Of a DNA stretch of 36,465 nucleotides, positions 13,594-21,992 are shown in pieces. Under the pieces are notes generated by a model. It did not search any database. It was not told the DNA's origin and saw only the letters and a program-made list of their open reading frames with translations. Each line of letters starts with the position of its first letter. Positions within the stretch are counted from its first letter, which is position 1. Made by a program: the position numbers and the translations under genes. This stretch comes from a virus: the IMG/VR virus record IMGVR_UViG_3300045988_017676, positions 1-36,465 of that record; one strand, written 5' to 3'.

Positions 13594-14007
13594 ATGAAAA
13601 GAGAAATCCTTTTTAAAGCAAAGAGAATAGATAATGGAGAATGGGTAGAAGGTTAGTATACATATATTACCAATCCGCTAACAGAAGATGGTAAACCGAT
13701 AAAACATCTGATTTGTAATGGAACTAATATATTTAATGACTTGATTGACCCAGATACTCTCTGCCAATACACAGGACTTACCGACAAGAACGGTCGGAAG
13801 ATTTGGGAGAATGATATTGTAAAATGTCTTAAGAGAACAGAAGGATACGAATTGTATCAAGTTGTATGGAGAAATGAGTTCGCAGATTTTGGGGTAGAGC
13901 CGATTAAACCTAAATACGGAGCGAAGTATCCAATTGGACTAAGTGATGGTGTAACATTGTGTGGACATGATTATAGGGCTTTTGGAAATATTTTTGATAA
14001 TTCATAG
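13594..14007 (+). pseudogene. YopX-family protein interrupted by one in-frame TAG (13654-13656)
   Basis: MKREILFKAKRIDNGEWVEG-TAG-YTYITNP...CQYTGLTDKNGRKIWENDIV. Both halves are in the same frame. SD GAGGTG precedes 13594. Confidence 0.75.
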
Positions 14008-14082
14008 AAATGCCTCCTTAGATAAAAAGAATTGATAAGCCAATTATAACATCCAAGGAGGCAGCAGTAAAGGAGGGAAGAA

Positions 14083-14268
14083 ATGAATAAAGAAGGATAT
14101 AAAGATCCAACAGCAGACAGAGCGATTGCACATGCGGATCATATACCGAAGCATGTAAGAGATGTAATCGAGGTCCTTAAAAAGATTGCCAGTCTTGCAG
14201 GATTTAGAATTGCAAATATCGAACTGGAGGATAAGACCACCAGAAAGAAATTTAAATACCGAAAATGA
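14083..14268 (+). CDS. Hypothetical 61-aa protein
   Basis: SD AAAGGAGGGAAG. Track ORF. Confidence 0.7.
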   Translation: MNKEGYKDPTADRAIAHADHIPKHVRDVIEVLKKIASLAGFRIANIELEDKTTRKKFKYRK

Positions 14269-14320
14269 AATAAATACAGACACATGGATGTTATGGAGTA
14301 TTTGAGGAGAAAGGGGATTG

Positions 14321-14791
14321 ATGCCGGTGGACAAGCAGATATTAATCGAGTACGCAGATATGAAAGAAGAGATTAAAGACCTTAGAAGACGGATACAAGA
14401 GGATAAGAAAGCACTGGATAAGCTAAACAAGACAGTTGTTACAGATTCTGTGACTTGTGGAAAGAAAGGGAAAAAGCCACTTCGGACAGTAAAGATACAC
14501 GGTAAGCCTACTATGGCCATTATCCGGAAGCAGGCTGCTTATGAAAGAAAGATTGCACAGCTAGAGTTATTGGAAGCTGATCTGCTCGAAAAGCAAACGC
14601 AAGTAGAGGAATACATACAGCAGATAGAAAAGAGCAGGCTTAGGAGCATGTTTAGACTGTATTACATAGATAATCTGACGTGGGAAATGGTAGCTATGAG
14701 GATGAATTATATGTTTCCGAAGAAAAGAATTCCATTTACGAAAGACAGCTGTCGTAAGTTACATGATAGATTTTTAGAGAAAGTTTCGTAA
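14321..14791 (+). CDS. Candidate late-gene transcriptional activator (sigma-70 region-4-like HTH; ArpU/RinA/DUF1492-type position)
   Basis: C-terminus SRLRSMFRLYYIDNLTWEMVAMRMNY...CRKLHDRFLEKV. Last gene before the packaging module. Confidence 0.6.
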   Translation: MPVDKQILIEYADMKEEIKDLRRRIQEDKKALDKLNKTVVTDSVTCGKKGKKPLRTVKIHGKPTMAIIRKQAAYERKIAQLELLEADLLEKQTQVEEYIQQIEKSRLRSMFRLYYIDNLTWEMVAMRMNYMFPKKRIPFTKDSCRKLHDRFLEKVS

Positions 14792-14877
14792 ATGTCCGCC
14801 ACTGTCCGCTTTGAAAGTGGTAATATGGTATCATACCCGAAAAGGGAAAATGATTATAACACTGTTTCTCACTAAGG

Positions 14878-14901
14878 CGCCCCGCTTTTGCAGGGCGTTT
14901 T
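14878..14901 (+). terminator. Terminator-like hairpin ending the early/middle operon
   Basis: CGCCC-cgcttttgca-GGGCG followed by TTTT. Confidence 0.45.
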
Positions 14902-14905
14902 GCAT

Positions 14906-14945
14906 GCCATGAATGGATAAGCAGGTTCAACTCCTGCGCATGGCT
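14906..14945 (+). other. tRNA-like acceptor/T-arm minihelix (tRNA remnant?)
   Basis: GCCATG...GCAGG-TTCAACT-CCTGC-G-CATGGC-T: canonical T-arm with a TTCRANY loop and a 6-bp acceptor-like stem. No D or anticodon arms. Confidence 0.35.
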
Positions 14946-15122
14946 TAGTAGCATATCACGGTAAATATTAAAAATCCGGAATGCCGTGGAAGTGCTACAG
15001 TGTGATATCACGAAAGGCAGATATCCGCAGATCTGCCAAGTAAACAAGTCAATAAAGTCAATATTTAGTGTTTTAGTCCCTGAGTGCGGATAGGGGAAAG
15101 GATGTCAATAAAAGGCATCATA

Positions 15123-15195
15123 TGGGTGCATAGCTCAGTTGGTAGAGCGATGGTCTCCAAAACCATATGTCATCGGTTCGATTCCGATTGCGCCT
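15123..15195 (+). tRNA. tRNA-Trp: tRNA-Trp (anticodon CCA)
   Basis: Folded by hand. Acceptor GGGTGCA/TGCGCCT. D arm GCTC-AGTTGGTA-GAGC. Anticodon arm ATGGT-CTCCAAA-ACCAT. T arm ATCGG-TTCGATT-CCGAT. Discriminator G. No encoded CCA. Confidence 0.92.
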
Positions 15196-15199
15196 GTTG

Positions 15200-15266
15200 T
15201 GGACTACTGCAACCTCCTTTCTTTTGGTTACGTTGCTTGGTTTTGCTATTATGTTATGCAGTAGTC
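15200..15266 (+). promoter_or_regulatory. Long stem-loop (11-bp perfect stem, 45-nt loop) between the tRNA and terS
   Basis: GGACTACTGCA (15200-15210) pairs with TGCAGTAGTCC (15256-15266). Confidence 0.5.
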
Positions 15267-15327
15267 CTGAAAGTTTAGTGCATCCAGAGATGGGTGCCTT
15301 TATTATATTTAAAAGGTGGTGAGCCAG

Positions 15328-15717
15328 ATGGGAGTGTTAAAAAATCCAAGGCATGAAAAATATGTACAGAACCTAGTATCCGGAATGAGCCAGCGTTTGG
15401 CTTACCGAGATGCGTTTCCGAAATCAAAGAGTTGGAAAGATACAACAGTTGATAGTAAGGCATCGGAGTTGTTTGGTAAGGTTGTGGAAAGGTATAACGA
15501 AATTCTAGCAGAGCAAAAGGACGATGCACTTTTAACGCGCTGGGAAAAAAGAAAGCTGCTTGCAGATATGGCAAGAGATGCAGACAACCAATGTTCCGAT
15601 AGGATTAAAGCAATAGATACTGACAATCGAATGGAAAACGAGTATGCGGCTAAAAACTACGTTGAAGATAATGACATGGTTCTGAAATTCATTGAAGGGA
15701 TGAAGAGCCATGATTAA
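15328..15717 (+). CDS. terS: Terminase small subunit
   Basis: MGVLKNPRHEKYVQNLVSGMSQRLAYRDAF... typical TerS N-terminal HTH. Lies immediately upstream of and overlapping TerL. SD AAGGTGGTG. Confidence 0.85.
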   Translation: MGVLKNPRHEKYVQNLVSGMSQRLAYRDAFPKSKSWKDTTVDSKASELFGKVVERYNEILAEQKDDALLTRWEKRKLLADMARDADNQCSDRIKAIDTDNRMENEYAAKNYVEDNDMVLKFIEGMKSHD

Positions 15718-17041
15718 GTTAAGCGAAAAGCAAGTTGAGTATACGAAACAGTCCACACACCGATGGAATATAAAGTCAGGTGCTGTTCGTTCAGGAAAAT
15801 CATTCGTAGATACGTCGGCAGTAATTCCGGTTAGAATAATCGAGAGACTAAGAAAGCCGGGACTTACGGTTATATTGGGAGTATCGAGGGACACGATTGA
15901 GCGAAATGTATTGCAACCGCTTAGAGAAATATATACCGATAAGCGTGTGGGGACTATAAACAGCCGCAATACAGCTTATTTATTCGGAGAAGAGGTTTAT
16001 TGCCTTGGCGCAGAGAAAGTCAGTCAGGTTGCTAAAATTCAAGGCTCATCTATTAAATATTGTTATGGAGATGAGATAGCGAAGTGGAACAAAGAAGTAT
16101 TCCAGATGCTTAAATCGCGTTTAGATAAGCCGTATTCGTGCTTCGACGGAGCTTGCAACCCGGAACATCCAACGCATTGGCTCAAAGAGTTCATTGATAA
16201 TCCGGAGCTAGACATCTACTTGCAGAAATACACAATCTTTGACAACCCGTTTTTGCCGGAGGAGTATGTAAAGCAGCTTTGCAAGGAATACGAAGGCACA
16301 ATCTATTATGATCGCCTTATCCTTGGACTTTGGAAAAGAGCTGACGGCTCTATCTACAAGCGGTTTGCAGACAATCCAGAAGCATTCCGGTGTGAAATCG
16401 TAGATGAGTTTACAACGGATCCAGAACATAAGCAGTTTCGGAAGGAAGATATCACGTCTATCGAGATTGGCTTGGACTTTGGCGGTAATCAATCCGGTCA
16501 CTCATTCGTTGCCAGAGGGTACACAGATAATTATAGGGATGTAATTGTTCTAAAATCCAGAAGAGTCATGGCAAAGGATGAAAATGAGGACATTGACAGT
16601 AATCGACTGAATGAGTTGTTTTGCGAATTTATCCGAGAAGTAATAGAGCAATATTCGGTATGCGTGAGAAGCGGAGACTATGTACAATACTGCAATGTGG
16701 AATCCGTATTTTGGGATAATGCGGAAACGGTCCTCGGTAATTCCATCCGAAACGCCGTAGAAAAAGAATTTCCGTGGATTAGCGTCCGACCTGCGAAGAA
16801 AAGACCGATAAATGACAGAATTAGATGCACCGTCAAGCTCATGGGGGCTAGGCGGTTTTTTATTACAAAAGACTGTGAATCATTAAAGACAGCCCTTACG
16901 GATGCAGTGTGGAACAAGGAAGTTGTCGGTAAAGATGAACGCCTGGATGATGGCAGCACAGATATTGATAGCCTGGATGCATTTGAATACACGATTGAAC
17001 GTGATATAAAATACCTGATTGAAGAGGTGGAAAATGTTTGA
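15710..17041 (+). CDS. terL: Terminase large subunit (PBSX/XtmB-like)
   Basis: Walker A-like SGAVRSGKS. 443 aa. Position between TerS and portal. Confidence 0.93.
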   Translation: MIKLSEKQVEYTKQSTHRWNIKSGAVRSGKSFVDTSAVIPVRIIERLRKPGLTVILGVSRDTIERNVLQPLREIYTDKRVGTINSRNTAYLFGEEVYCLGAEKVSQVAKIQGSSIKYCYGDEIAKWNKEVFQMLKSRLDKPYSCFDGACNPEHPTHWLKEFIDNPELDIYLQKYTIFDNPFLPEEYVKQLCKEYEGTIYYDRLILGLWKRADGSIYKRFADNPEAFRCEIVDEFTTDPEHKQFRKEDITSIEIGLDFGGNQSGHSFVARGYTDNYRDVIVLKSRRVMAKDENEDIDSNRLNELFCEFIREVIEQYSVCVRSGDYVQYCNVESVFWDNAETVLGNSIRNAVEKEFPWISVRPAKKRPINDRIRCTVKLMGARRFFITKDCESLKTALTDAVWNKEVVGKDERLDDGSTDIDSLDAFEYTIERDIKYLIEEVENV

Positions 17042-18386
17042 TGGAATTAAGAGATTATGGAAAGGAATCATGAGGATGTTTGGATATACGACATTAAAAC
17101 AGATCATCGGCAAGGATATCGCACTATCCAACGACATGATAGATGCAATCAGCAGATGGAGACAGATGTTAAATGGTGATGCAGAATGGATTTCTGACAG
17201 CATCGTTTCTCTCGGAATCGAAGATGGAATCTGCCGAGAGTTTGCCGACTGCGCACTGGTGGAAATGGAAACCGGTGTAAGTAATGAACGTTTGGACAAG
17301 ATCTATCAGAAGAATATCACGAGTCTGAATGAAAACCTGCAGGAAGGGCTTGCGCTTGGGTCATTTGTTTTGAAACCACTGGGAGAATCGGCTGCAGAAT
17401 TTGTCTCAGCCGACAAGATCATCCCGATCAGTTTTTGGGATGATGGAAAGCCGAATGATATTGCATTTCTGACCGTAAAAAAGGTTGGGGACGCTGATTA
17501 TTTCACAAGGATTGAGCGGCACTATTTCATTGACGGGAATCTGACTATAGAAAACAAGTGCTTCCACTCTCAGACGGCGAATGATATCGGTCTTCCATGC
17601 AGCTTAGAAGTAGTGGAAGAGTGGGAAAATATCCTACCTGGACCGATTACATACCCAGGCATGAACCGAATGGATTTTGGCTATTACAAGAATCCTATTA
17701 AAAACAAGGTGGATGGTTCTGCTTGTGGCGTGTCGGTATATGAATCAGCTTCTGAGTTGATTCGGAAAGCGGATACACAGGGCGCAAGGCTTGACTGGGA
17801 ATACGAATCGGGCGAGCGTGCTATCCATGTGGATAATAGAGCTCTTAAACAAGATAAGTCGACCGGAAGATTTGGCATGGCAAAGCTCAGCAAACGTCTA
17901 TACCGAGGGCTCAATCTGGAAGCTGGAAAAGATCAAGAACTTTTAAAAGAATATTCCCCAGAAATGCGAGATGAATCGTTTAAACGAGGATTAGAGGAAT
18001 ACAAGCGCGAGATTGAATTTTCTGTCGGTCTTGCTTATGGAGACCTGTCAGATGCACAGGAAGTGGCAAAGACAGCCACAGAAATTAAAGCATCGAAGAA
18101 TCGGAAATACAACCGAGTAACGGCGATTCAGAATAACTTATACGATTGCTTAGAGGATTTCGTTGCCGGACTTGCGTTTTACAATAGCATGCTCAACTCA
18201 GGCTATGAGTTCTCTTGCAAATTCAACGATTCTATTCTGACTGATGAGGAAACAGAGCGTCAGCAGGATAGACAGGACGTGAGCATGGGCGTGATGTCGC
18301 ACTTGGAATACCGGATGAAGTGGTATAACGAGGATGAAGCAACAGCGAAGAAGATGCTACCAGAGCAGAACCAAGTTATGGAGTAG
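17034..18386 (+). CDS. Portal protein (SPP1 gp6-like)
   Basis: Size and position. Start taken at the ATG at 17034 after GAGGTGG, overlapping the TerL stop. Confidence 0.88.
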   Translation: MFDGIKRLWKGIMRMFGYTTLKQIIGKDIALSNDMIDAISRWRQMLNGDAEWISDSIVSLGIEDGICREFADCALVEMETGVSNERLDKIYQKNITSLNENLQEGLALGSFVLKPLGESAAEFVSADKIIPISFWDDGKPNDIAFLTVKKVGDADYFTRIERHYFIDGNLTIENKCFHSQTANDIGLPCSLEVVEEWENILPGPITYPGMNRMDFGYYKNPIKNKVDGSACGVSVYESASELIRKADTQGARLDWEYESGERAIHVDNRALKQDKSTGRFGMAKLSKRLYRGLNLEAGKDQELLKEYSPEMRDESFKRGLEEYKREIEFSVGLAYGDLSDAQEVAKTATEIKASKNRKYNRVTAIQNNLYDCLEDFVAGLAFYNSMLNSGYEFSCKFNDSILTDEETERQQDRQDVSMGVMSHLEYRMKWYNEDEATAKKMLPEQNQVME

Positions 18387-18395
18387 GTGATCTGA

Positions 18396-19580
18396 TTGAA
18401 AGAAGATTACAAGAAGCATCTATCTGGACAGATTGAGAAGCATTTCTCTGATTTGGAAATGCGGATCATGGAAGATATTGTTCGCAGGATAAGAAAAACC
18501 GGTAAAATCACAAGTACAGCAGACTGGCAGATTAATAGGCTTAGTATTTTAGGATATTCTTCCGAAGACATCGAAAATATGCTGAAAGAGGCTCTGAATA
18601 AGTCTTATCCGGAGATGTTTGAACTATATGACAAGGTAATTGAATGGGAATACGTCCGCAACAAAGATATATACGAGCAGATCAATGCAGAATTTATCCC
18701 TTACGAAGAGAATGAAGAGTTGCAGCAAATCGCAGAAGCGCTGATACAGCAAAGCGAAAATGACTTGCAGAACATTACTAAATCACTTGGATTTTATTTG
18801 GATTATGGTACGGGGAAACCTGTGCTGACCCCATTAGCCGAAGTCTATCAGAAGTATTTAGATGCCGCCTGCTTAGACATTGTAACAGGCGCATTTGATT
18901 ACAACAGTGTCTTGCGTAGAGTAGTCACACAGCTAACAAACAGCGGACTGCGACAGATTGATTATGCATCTGGAAGAGCAAACAGAATTGACGTAGCAGC
19001 TCGTAGGGCTGTGATGACTGGAGTTTCTCAGCTGTCCGGTAAAATCTCTGAAATGAACGCCAAAAAGCTTGGAACAGATTATTTTGAGGTGGAATGGCAT
19101 GCCGGAGCTAGACCAACTCACGCAGCATGGCAGGGCAGAGTGTACAGCAAAGAGGAACTCACAACAGTATGCGGACTAGGAAGCGTCACTGGATTGCTTG
19201 GGGCGAATTGTTATCATATGTATTACCCCTTTGTGGAAGGCATTTCAGAGCGGAACTGGACAGATGAGTGGCTTGCAGAGCAGAACCGCAAGGAAAGCAT
19301 ACCGAAGACCTTTAAAGGCAAGGAATACACCTTATACGAAGCTAAACAGCAACAGAGGAAAATGGAAACGGCTATGAGAGCACAGAGGGAAAAAGTTGTG
19401 CTATTAAAGCAGGATGGAGCTGACCCGGAAGATGTAATGCTTGCAAAAGCAAAGTATCAAGGTCAGCTAGGAGAGTACGCAAGATTTTGCAAACGAATGG
19501 GGCTACAACAAGAACGAGAACGCATCTATTACGATATGCGTGGAAGAGTGGCACCTGTGCCAAAACGATTTAGGAGGTGA
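18396..19580 (+). CDS. Head morphogenesis / minor capsid protein (SPP1 gp7 / Mu F-like)
   Basis: EVEWHAGARPTHAAWQGRVY motif. Follows the portal. TTG start after AGGTGAT. Confidence 0.85.
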   Translation: MKEDYKKHLSGQIEKHFSDLEMRIMEDIVRRIRKTGKITSTADWQINRLSILGYSSEDIENMLKEALNKSYPEMFELYDKVIEWEYVRNKDIYEQINAEFIPYEENEELQQIAEALIQQSENDLQNITKSLGFYLDYGTGKPVLTPLAEVYQKYLDAACLDIVTGAFDYNSVLRRVVTQLTNSGLRQIDYASGRANRIDVAARRAVMTGVSQLSGKISEMNAKKLGTDYFEVEWHAGARPTHAAWQGRVYSKEELTTVCGLGSVTGLLGANCYHMYYPFVEGISERNWTDEWLAEQNRKESIPKTFKGKEYTLYEAKQQQRKMETAMRAQREKVVLLKQDGADPEDVMLAKAKYQGQLGEYARFCKRMGLQQERERIYYDMRGRVAPVPKRFRR

Positions 19581-19585
19581 GAAAA

Positions 19586-19867
19586 ATGAGCAAAGTAAAA
19601 GTAATGAGACAGCCGACAGCATCGGCAACATTGATTTTTGAATTTGAGGTTGCAGCATCTGAGTTTCTTATTAAAAATCTTACCGATGGAGAGATATATG
19701 CTTCCTTAGAAAGAGATGCGACAAAAGAGCAGAGCGTACTGATTCCAGCGCAGACTGCACAACGATTGCAGTATGGTTCTTATGGTGGTGGAAAGAGCAA
19801 TCTCGTCCAAATCATCCCCACAGCAACCAGCGAAAAAGGAGTAGAAGTACAATGCTTAAAATGGTAG
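19586..19867 (+). CDS. Hypothetical 93-aa protein
   Basis: ATG after AGGAGGTGA. Overlaps the next gene by 16 nt. Confidence 0.65.
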   Translation: MSKVKVMRQPTASATLIFEFEVAASEFLIKNLTDGEIYASLERDATKEQSVLIPAQTAQRLQYGSYGGGKSNLVQIIPTATSEKGVEVQCLKW

Positions 19868-21441
19868 ACGGAACTGGAATCATCGGGCTTGATATGGTAT
19901 GCCCTCTAGGTGGTGCTGTATCCCCTCCACAGCCACCAAATTACGATAATGTAGAGATGGAGGGCATGGGTAGCTTAACACTCCAGAACAGCTTAAAGGC
20001 GCCGTTGGAGAGGTTGGAATTGATTGGAAATAGTATGCAGGGCGAGAATCCAGCGCCGGACAATCCACAGGAGATTAAATCAGCAGGACGGAAAAGTAAG
20101 AATCTGTTAATAGAAAATATATCTGTTTTTACAGTGCAGGATAACATTGCATACATACCTTTGCCGGAAGGACACGAAACAAAGCTGTATACTATGCTGA
20201 TACAGAAAAAACCGGGTGAAAACGATGACGTAGGATTTACTTGCGGATTTTATGACAAATCAAATATGACCGCTACTTATAGTGCACCGTGCTTACAAGC
20301 TGGAAATCTTGTAACGGGAAACGGTATTGTCAATTCTAAAATCGGTGTTAATCATTTTGTATGCTTTTCTCCGGCTGATTCGAGGTTTTTTGATATATAC
20401 AATGTCATGTATGCAGAGGGGAAAGAAACTACATTAGATTATGAGCCTTACGGATATTTTTTTGATGTTAAAGTGACTGGAGAGAATCTACTTTCTAACA
20501 ATCCTAACGATTGGCAAATAGGTAAAGGAATATCGTGGAGTACTTATCCTAACGACGCAATCATGATATATTCTGTTATTAACAGTGCAGTAAACGTTAT
20601 TAATCTAAAGTCATCAAATGCATACTCTTTTGTTAATAATAGCGGAGAAATAGTAATCAAACGAATGATAGAAAGAGATTCGAGCGGAAAAGGCATTAAA
20701 GATCATAACATTCGCTCCAACAAATATACTTTTGTGACGAATCAGAACACAACGAATATTATTCTACGGGTTGAGAAGATAGACGGCACAGAACTATTAA
20801 GTACGGATATTGAGTTTATTAAAATTATGCTTGTAGAAGGAGAGGTAAACGAACTCACCCCTTACGAACCTTACACCGAGCAATTTGTACAAATCGCCCT
20901 TAATGAGCCGTTGAGAGGTATTGGAGAGTACAAGGATACAATCACAAAGGATGGAGTTGTGAGAAAGATATATCCGCCGTATGAAATCAACTTAAATGAT
21001 TTGAGAGATGGTGGCTACTCGAGGACAAACACTGTGATGTTTAGTGTAAAAGTGCAAAATAAAACAGTAGGATATGCAAGTTTGAAACCGTCTATTCTCT
21101 GTAATATACTTCCGGATTGCGGCTTGCAAACGGGGAATATATACAATGACGACAAAGAATGTATTGCCGTAGGCGGCGCTATTGTCTTATTTAGAGTAAA
21201 TAAAAGTCGATTGAAAGACATATCATCTTTCGAAGCTATAAAGCAGTCATTTATCGAACTTATGGCGGACAAGAAGATGATTGTGGAATATGCCCTTGAA
21301 ACACCAGTAACCGAACCTCTCCCAGAATCTGCACAACAGCAATTACAAGCCCTGCACAGCGAGAACGGAGTGGCACATGTATTTGTAGACAGCGGAGAAG
21401 TACCATGTGGAATCAAACTCACATACAGAAAGGAGATTTAA
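19852..21441 (+). CDS. Fibre / receptor-binding-like structural protein (529 aa) inside the head module
   Basis: N-terminal LELIGNSMQGENPAPDNPQEIKS and later LVEGEVNELTPYEPY are motifs I associate with Firmicute prophage fibre proteins. No catalytic motif seen. Confidence 0.55.
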   Translation: MLKMVDGTGIIGLDMVCPLGGAVSPPQPPNYDNVEMEGMGSLTLQNSLKAPLERLELIGNSMQGENPAPDNPQEIKSAGRKSKNLLIENISVFTVQDNIAYIPLPEGHETKLYTMLIQKKPGENDDVGFTCGFYDKSNMTATYSAPCLQAGNLVTGNGIVNSKIGVNHFVCFSPADSRFFDIYNVMYAEGKETTLDYEPYGYFFDVKVTGENLLSNNPNDWQIGKGISWSTYPNDAIMIYSVINSAVNVINLKSSNAYSFVNNSGEIVIKRMIERDSSGKGIKDHNIRSNKYTFVTNQNTTNIILRVEKIDGTELLSTDIEFIKIMLVEGEVNELTPYEPYTEQFVQIALNEPLRGIGEYKDTITKDGVVRKIYPPYEINLNDLRDGGYSRTNTVMFSVKVQNKTVGYASLKPSILCNILPDCGLQTGNIYNDDKECIAVGGAIVLFRVNKSRLKDISSFEAIKQSFIELMADKKMIVEYALETPVTEPLPESAQQQLQALHSENGVAHVFVDSGEVPCGIKLTYRKEI

Positions 21442-21442
21442 T

Positions 21443-21730
21443 ATGAACTACGCAAAAATCATGGAAAACGGAACTGTAAGAATCAGCTCCATCAAGAAAG
21501 AGGGCTACAAGCCACTCAAGGAAGAGAAACCAGAGGGATTTAGCAATCTAGTCTTTGTCGGCTATACCGAAACAGAAGAATTTGTAATCAAAGAATATGA
21601 AGCAGTCGATGATGGTATGAGCGCCTACGGAAAGTTACAAAAGGACTTAAAAGCAACACAAACGGCACAGGAAGTCACAGACCAAGCGGTGCAGGAGTTA
21701 ATTCTTGCGACTATGAAAATGGGGGTGTAA
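21443..21730 (+). CDS. Hypothetical 95-aa protein (possible fibre accessory)
   Basis: ATG after AAAGGAG. C-terminal LKATQTAQEVTDQAVQELILATM resembles the C-terminus of the 34375 ORF. Confidence 0.65.
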   Translation: MNYAKIMENGTVRISSIKKEGYKPLKEEKPEGFSNLVFVGYTETEEFVIKEYEAVDDGMSAYGKLQKDLKATQTAQEVTDQAVQELILATMKMGV

Positions 21731-21733
21731 ATT

Positions 21734-21829
21734 ATGGCACAGTTTTTAGCTAATAGGATCAAAGGTGGACACTTGGCAATCGGCGAGGTACCGGAGAGCT
21801 TAAAAGAGCAGGTGCAGGCGTTACTTTAG
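21734..21829 (+). CDS. 31-aa mini-protein, paralogue of 34826-34942
   Basis: MAQFLANRIKGGHLAIGEVPESLKEQVQALL compared with MAVVYATLIIKGVKTIDDVPEIILEQVKQVL. Confidence 0.5.
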   Translation: MAQFLANRIKGGHLAIGEVPESLKEQVQALL

Positions 21830-21838
21830 GAGGAGAAT

Positions 21839-21949
21839 ATGCTTAAATGGCTGAAACAGAGATTTTGTAAACACAAGTACCGTAAGCATTATGACAAGGC
21901 TACAAAGGGGTATGTGCGGCGTTGTGTAAAATGCGGAAAAATTGAATAA
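21839..21949 (+). CDS. 36-aa zinc-ribbon-like mini-protein
   Basis: MLKWLKQRFCKHKYRKHYDKATKGYVRRCVKCGKIE. Strong SD TAGGAGGAG. Confidence 0.55.
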   Translation: MLKWLKQRFCKHKYRKHYDKATKGYVRRCVKCGKIE

Positions 21950-21951
21950 GT

Positions 21952-21992
21952 AAGGCATTAGCACATAGAGATATGTGTTATTTTTATGCCTT
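21952..21992 (+). terminator. Nested hairpin, terminator-like
   Basis: AAGGCAT...ATGCCTT enclosing CACATA...TATGTG, followed by TT. Confidence 0.45.

Noticed and set aside
13654-13656. Genome-wide TAG stop-codon reassignment
   Set aside because: TAG terminates many well-supported genes here, including Rha at 4268, BRO at 5501, the repeat protein at 6681, Gp157 at 7337 and DUF669 at 8596. Only one in-frame TAG was found, and the only tRNA has anticodon CCA and is not a suppressor.
14012-14064. 9-bp inverted repeat TGCCTCCTT...AAGGAGGCA after yopX as an SD-sequestering riboswitch-like element
   Set aside because: The sequestered AAGGAGG is not followed by a start codon. The real SD of the next gene (AAAGGAGGG at about 14069) lies outside the stem. 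The element is more simply a transcript-end or stability hairpin.
14044-14520. 158-aa minus-strand ORF
   Set aside because: It overlaps two plus-strand genes that have good SD sites. Its composition is hydrophobic and Ser/Phe-rich, and nothing supports a start site.
15123-15195. tRNA as the integration target or att site
   Set aside because: It is complete and internal, 15 kb from either end. It is unrelated to the 45-nt terminal repeat and the int-proximal repeats.
15084-15278. 64-aa ORF in the track
   Set aside because: It overlaps the tRNA-Trp gene, has no SD and has implausible composition.
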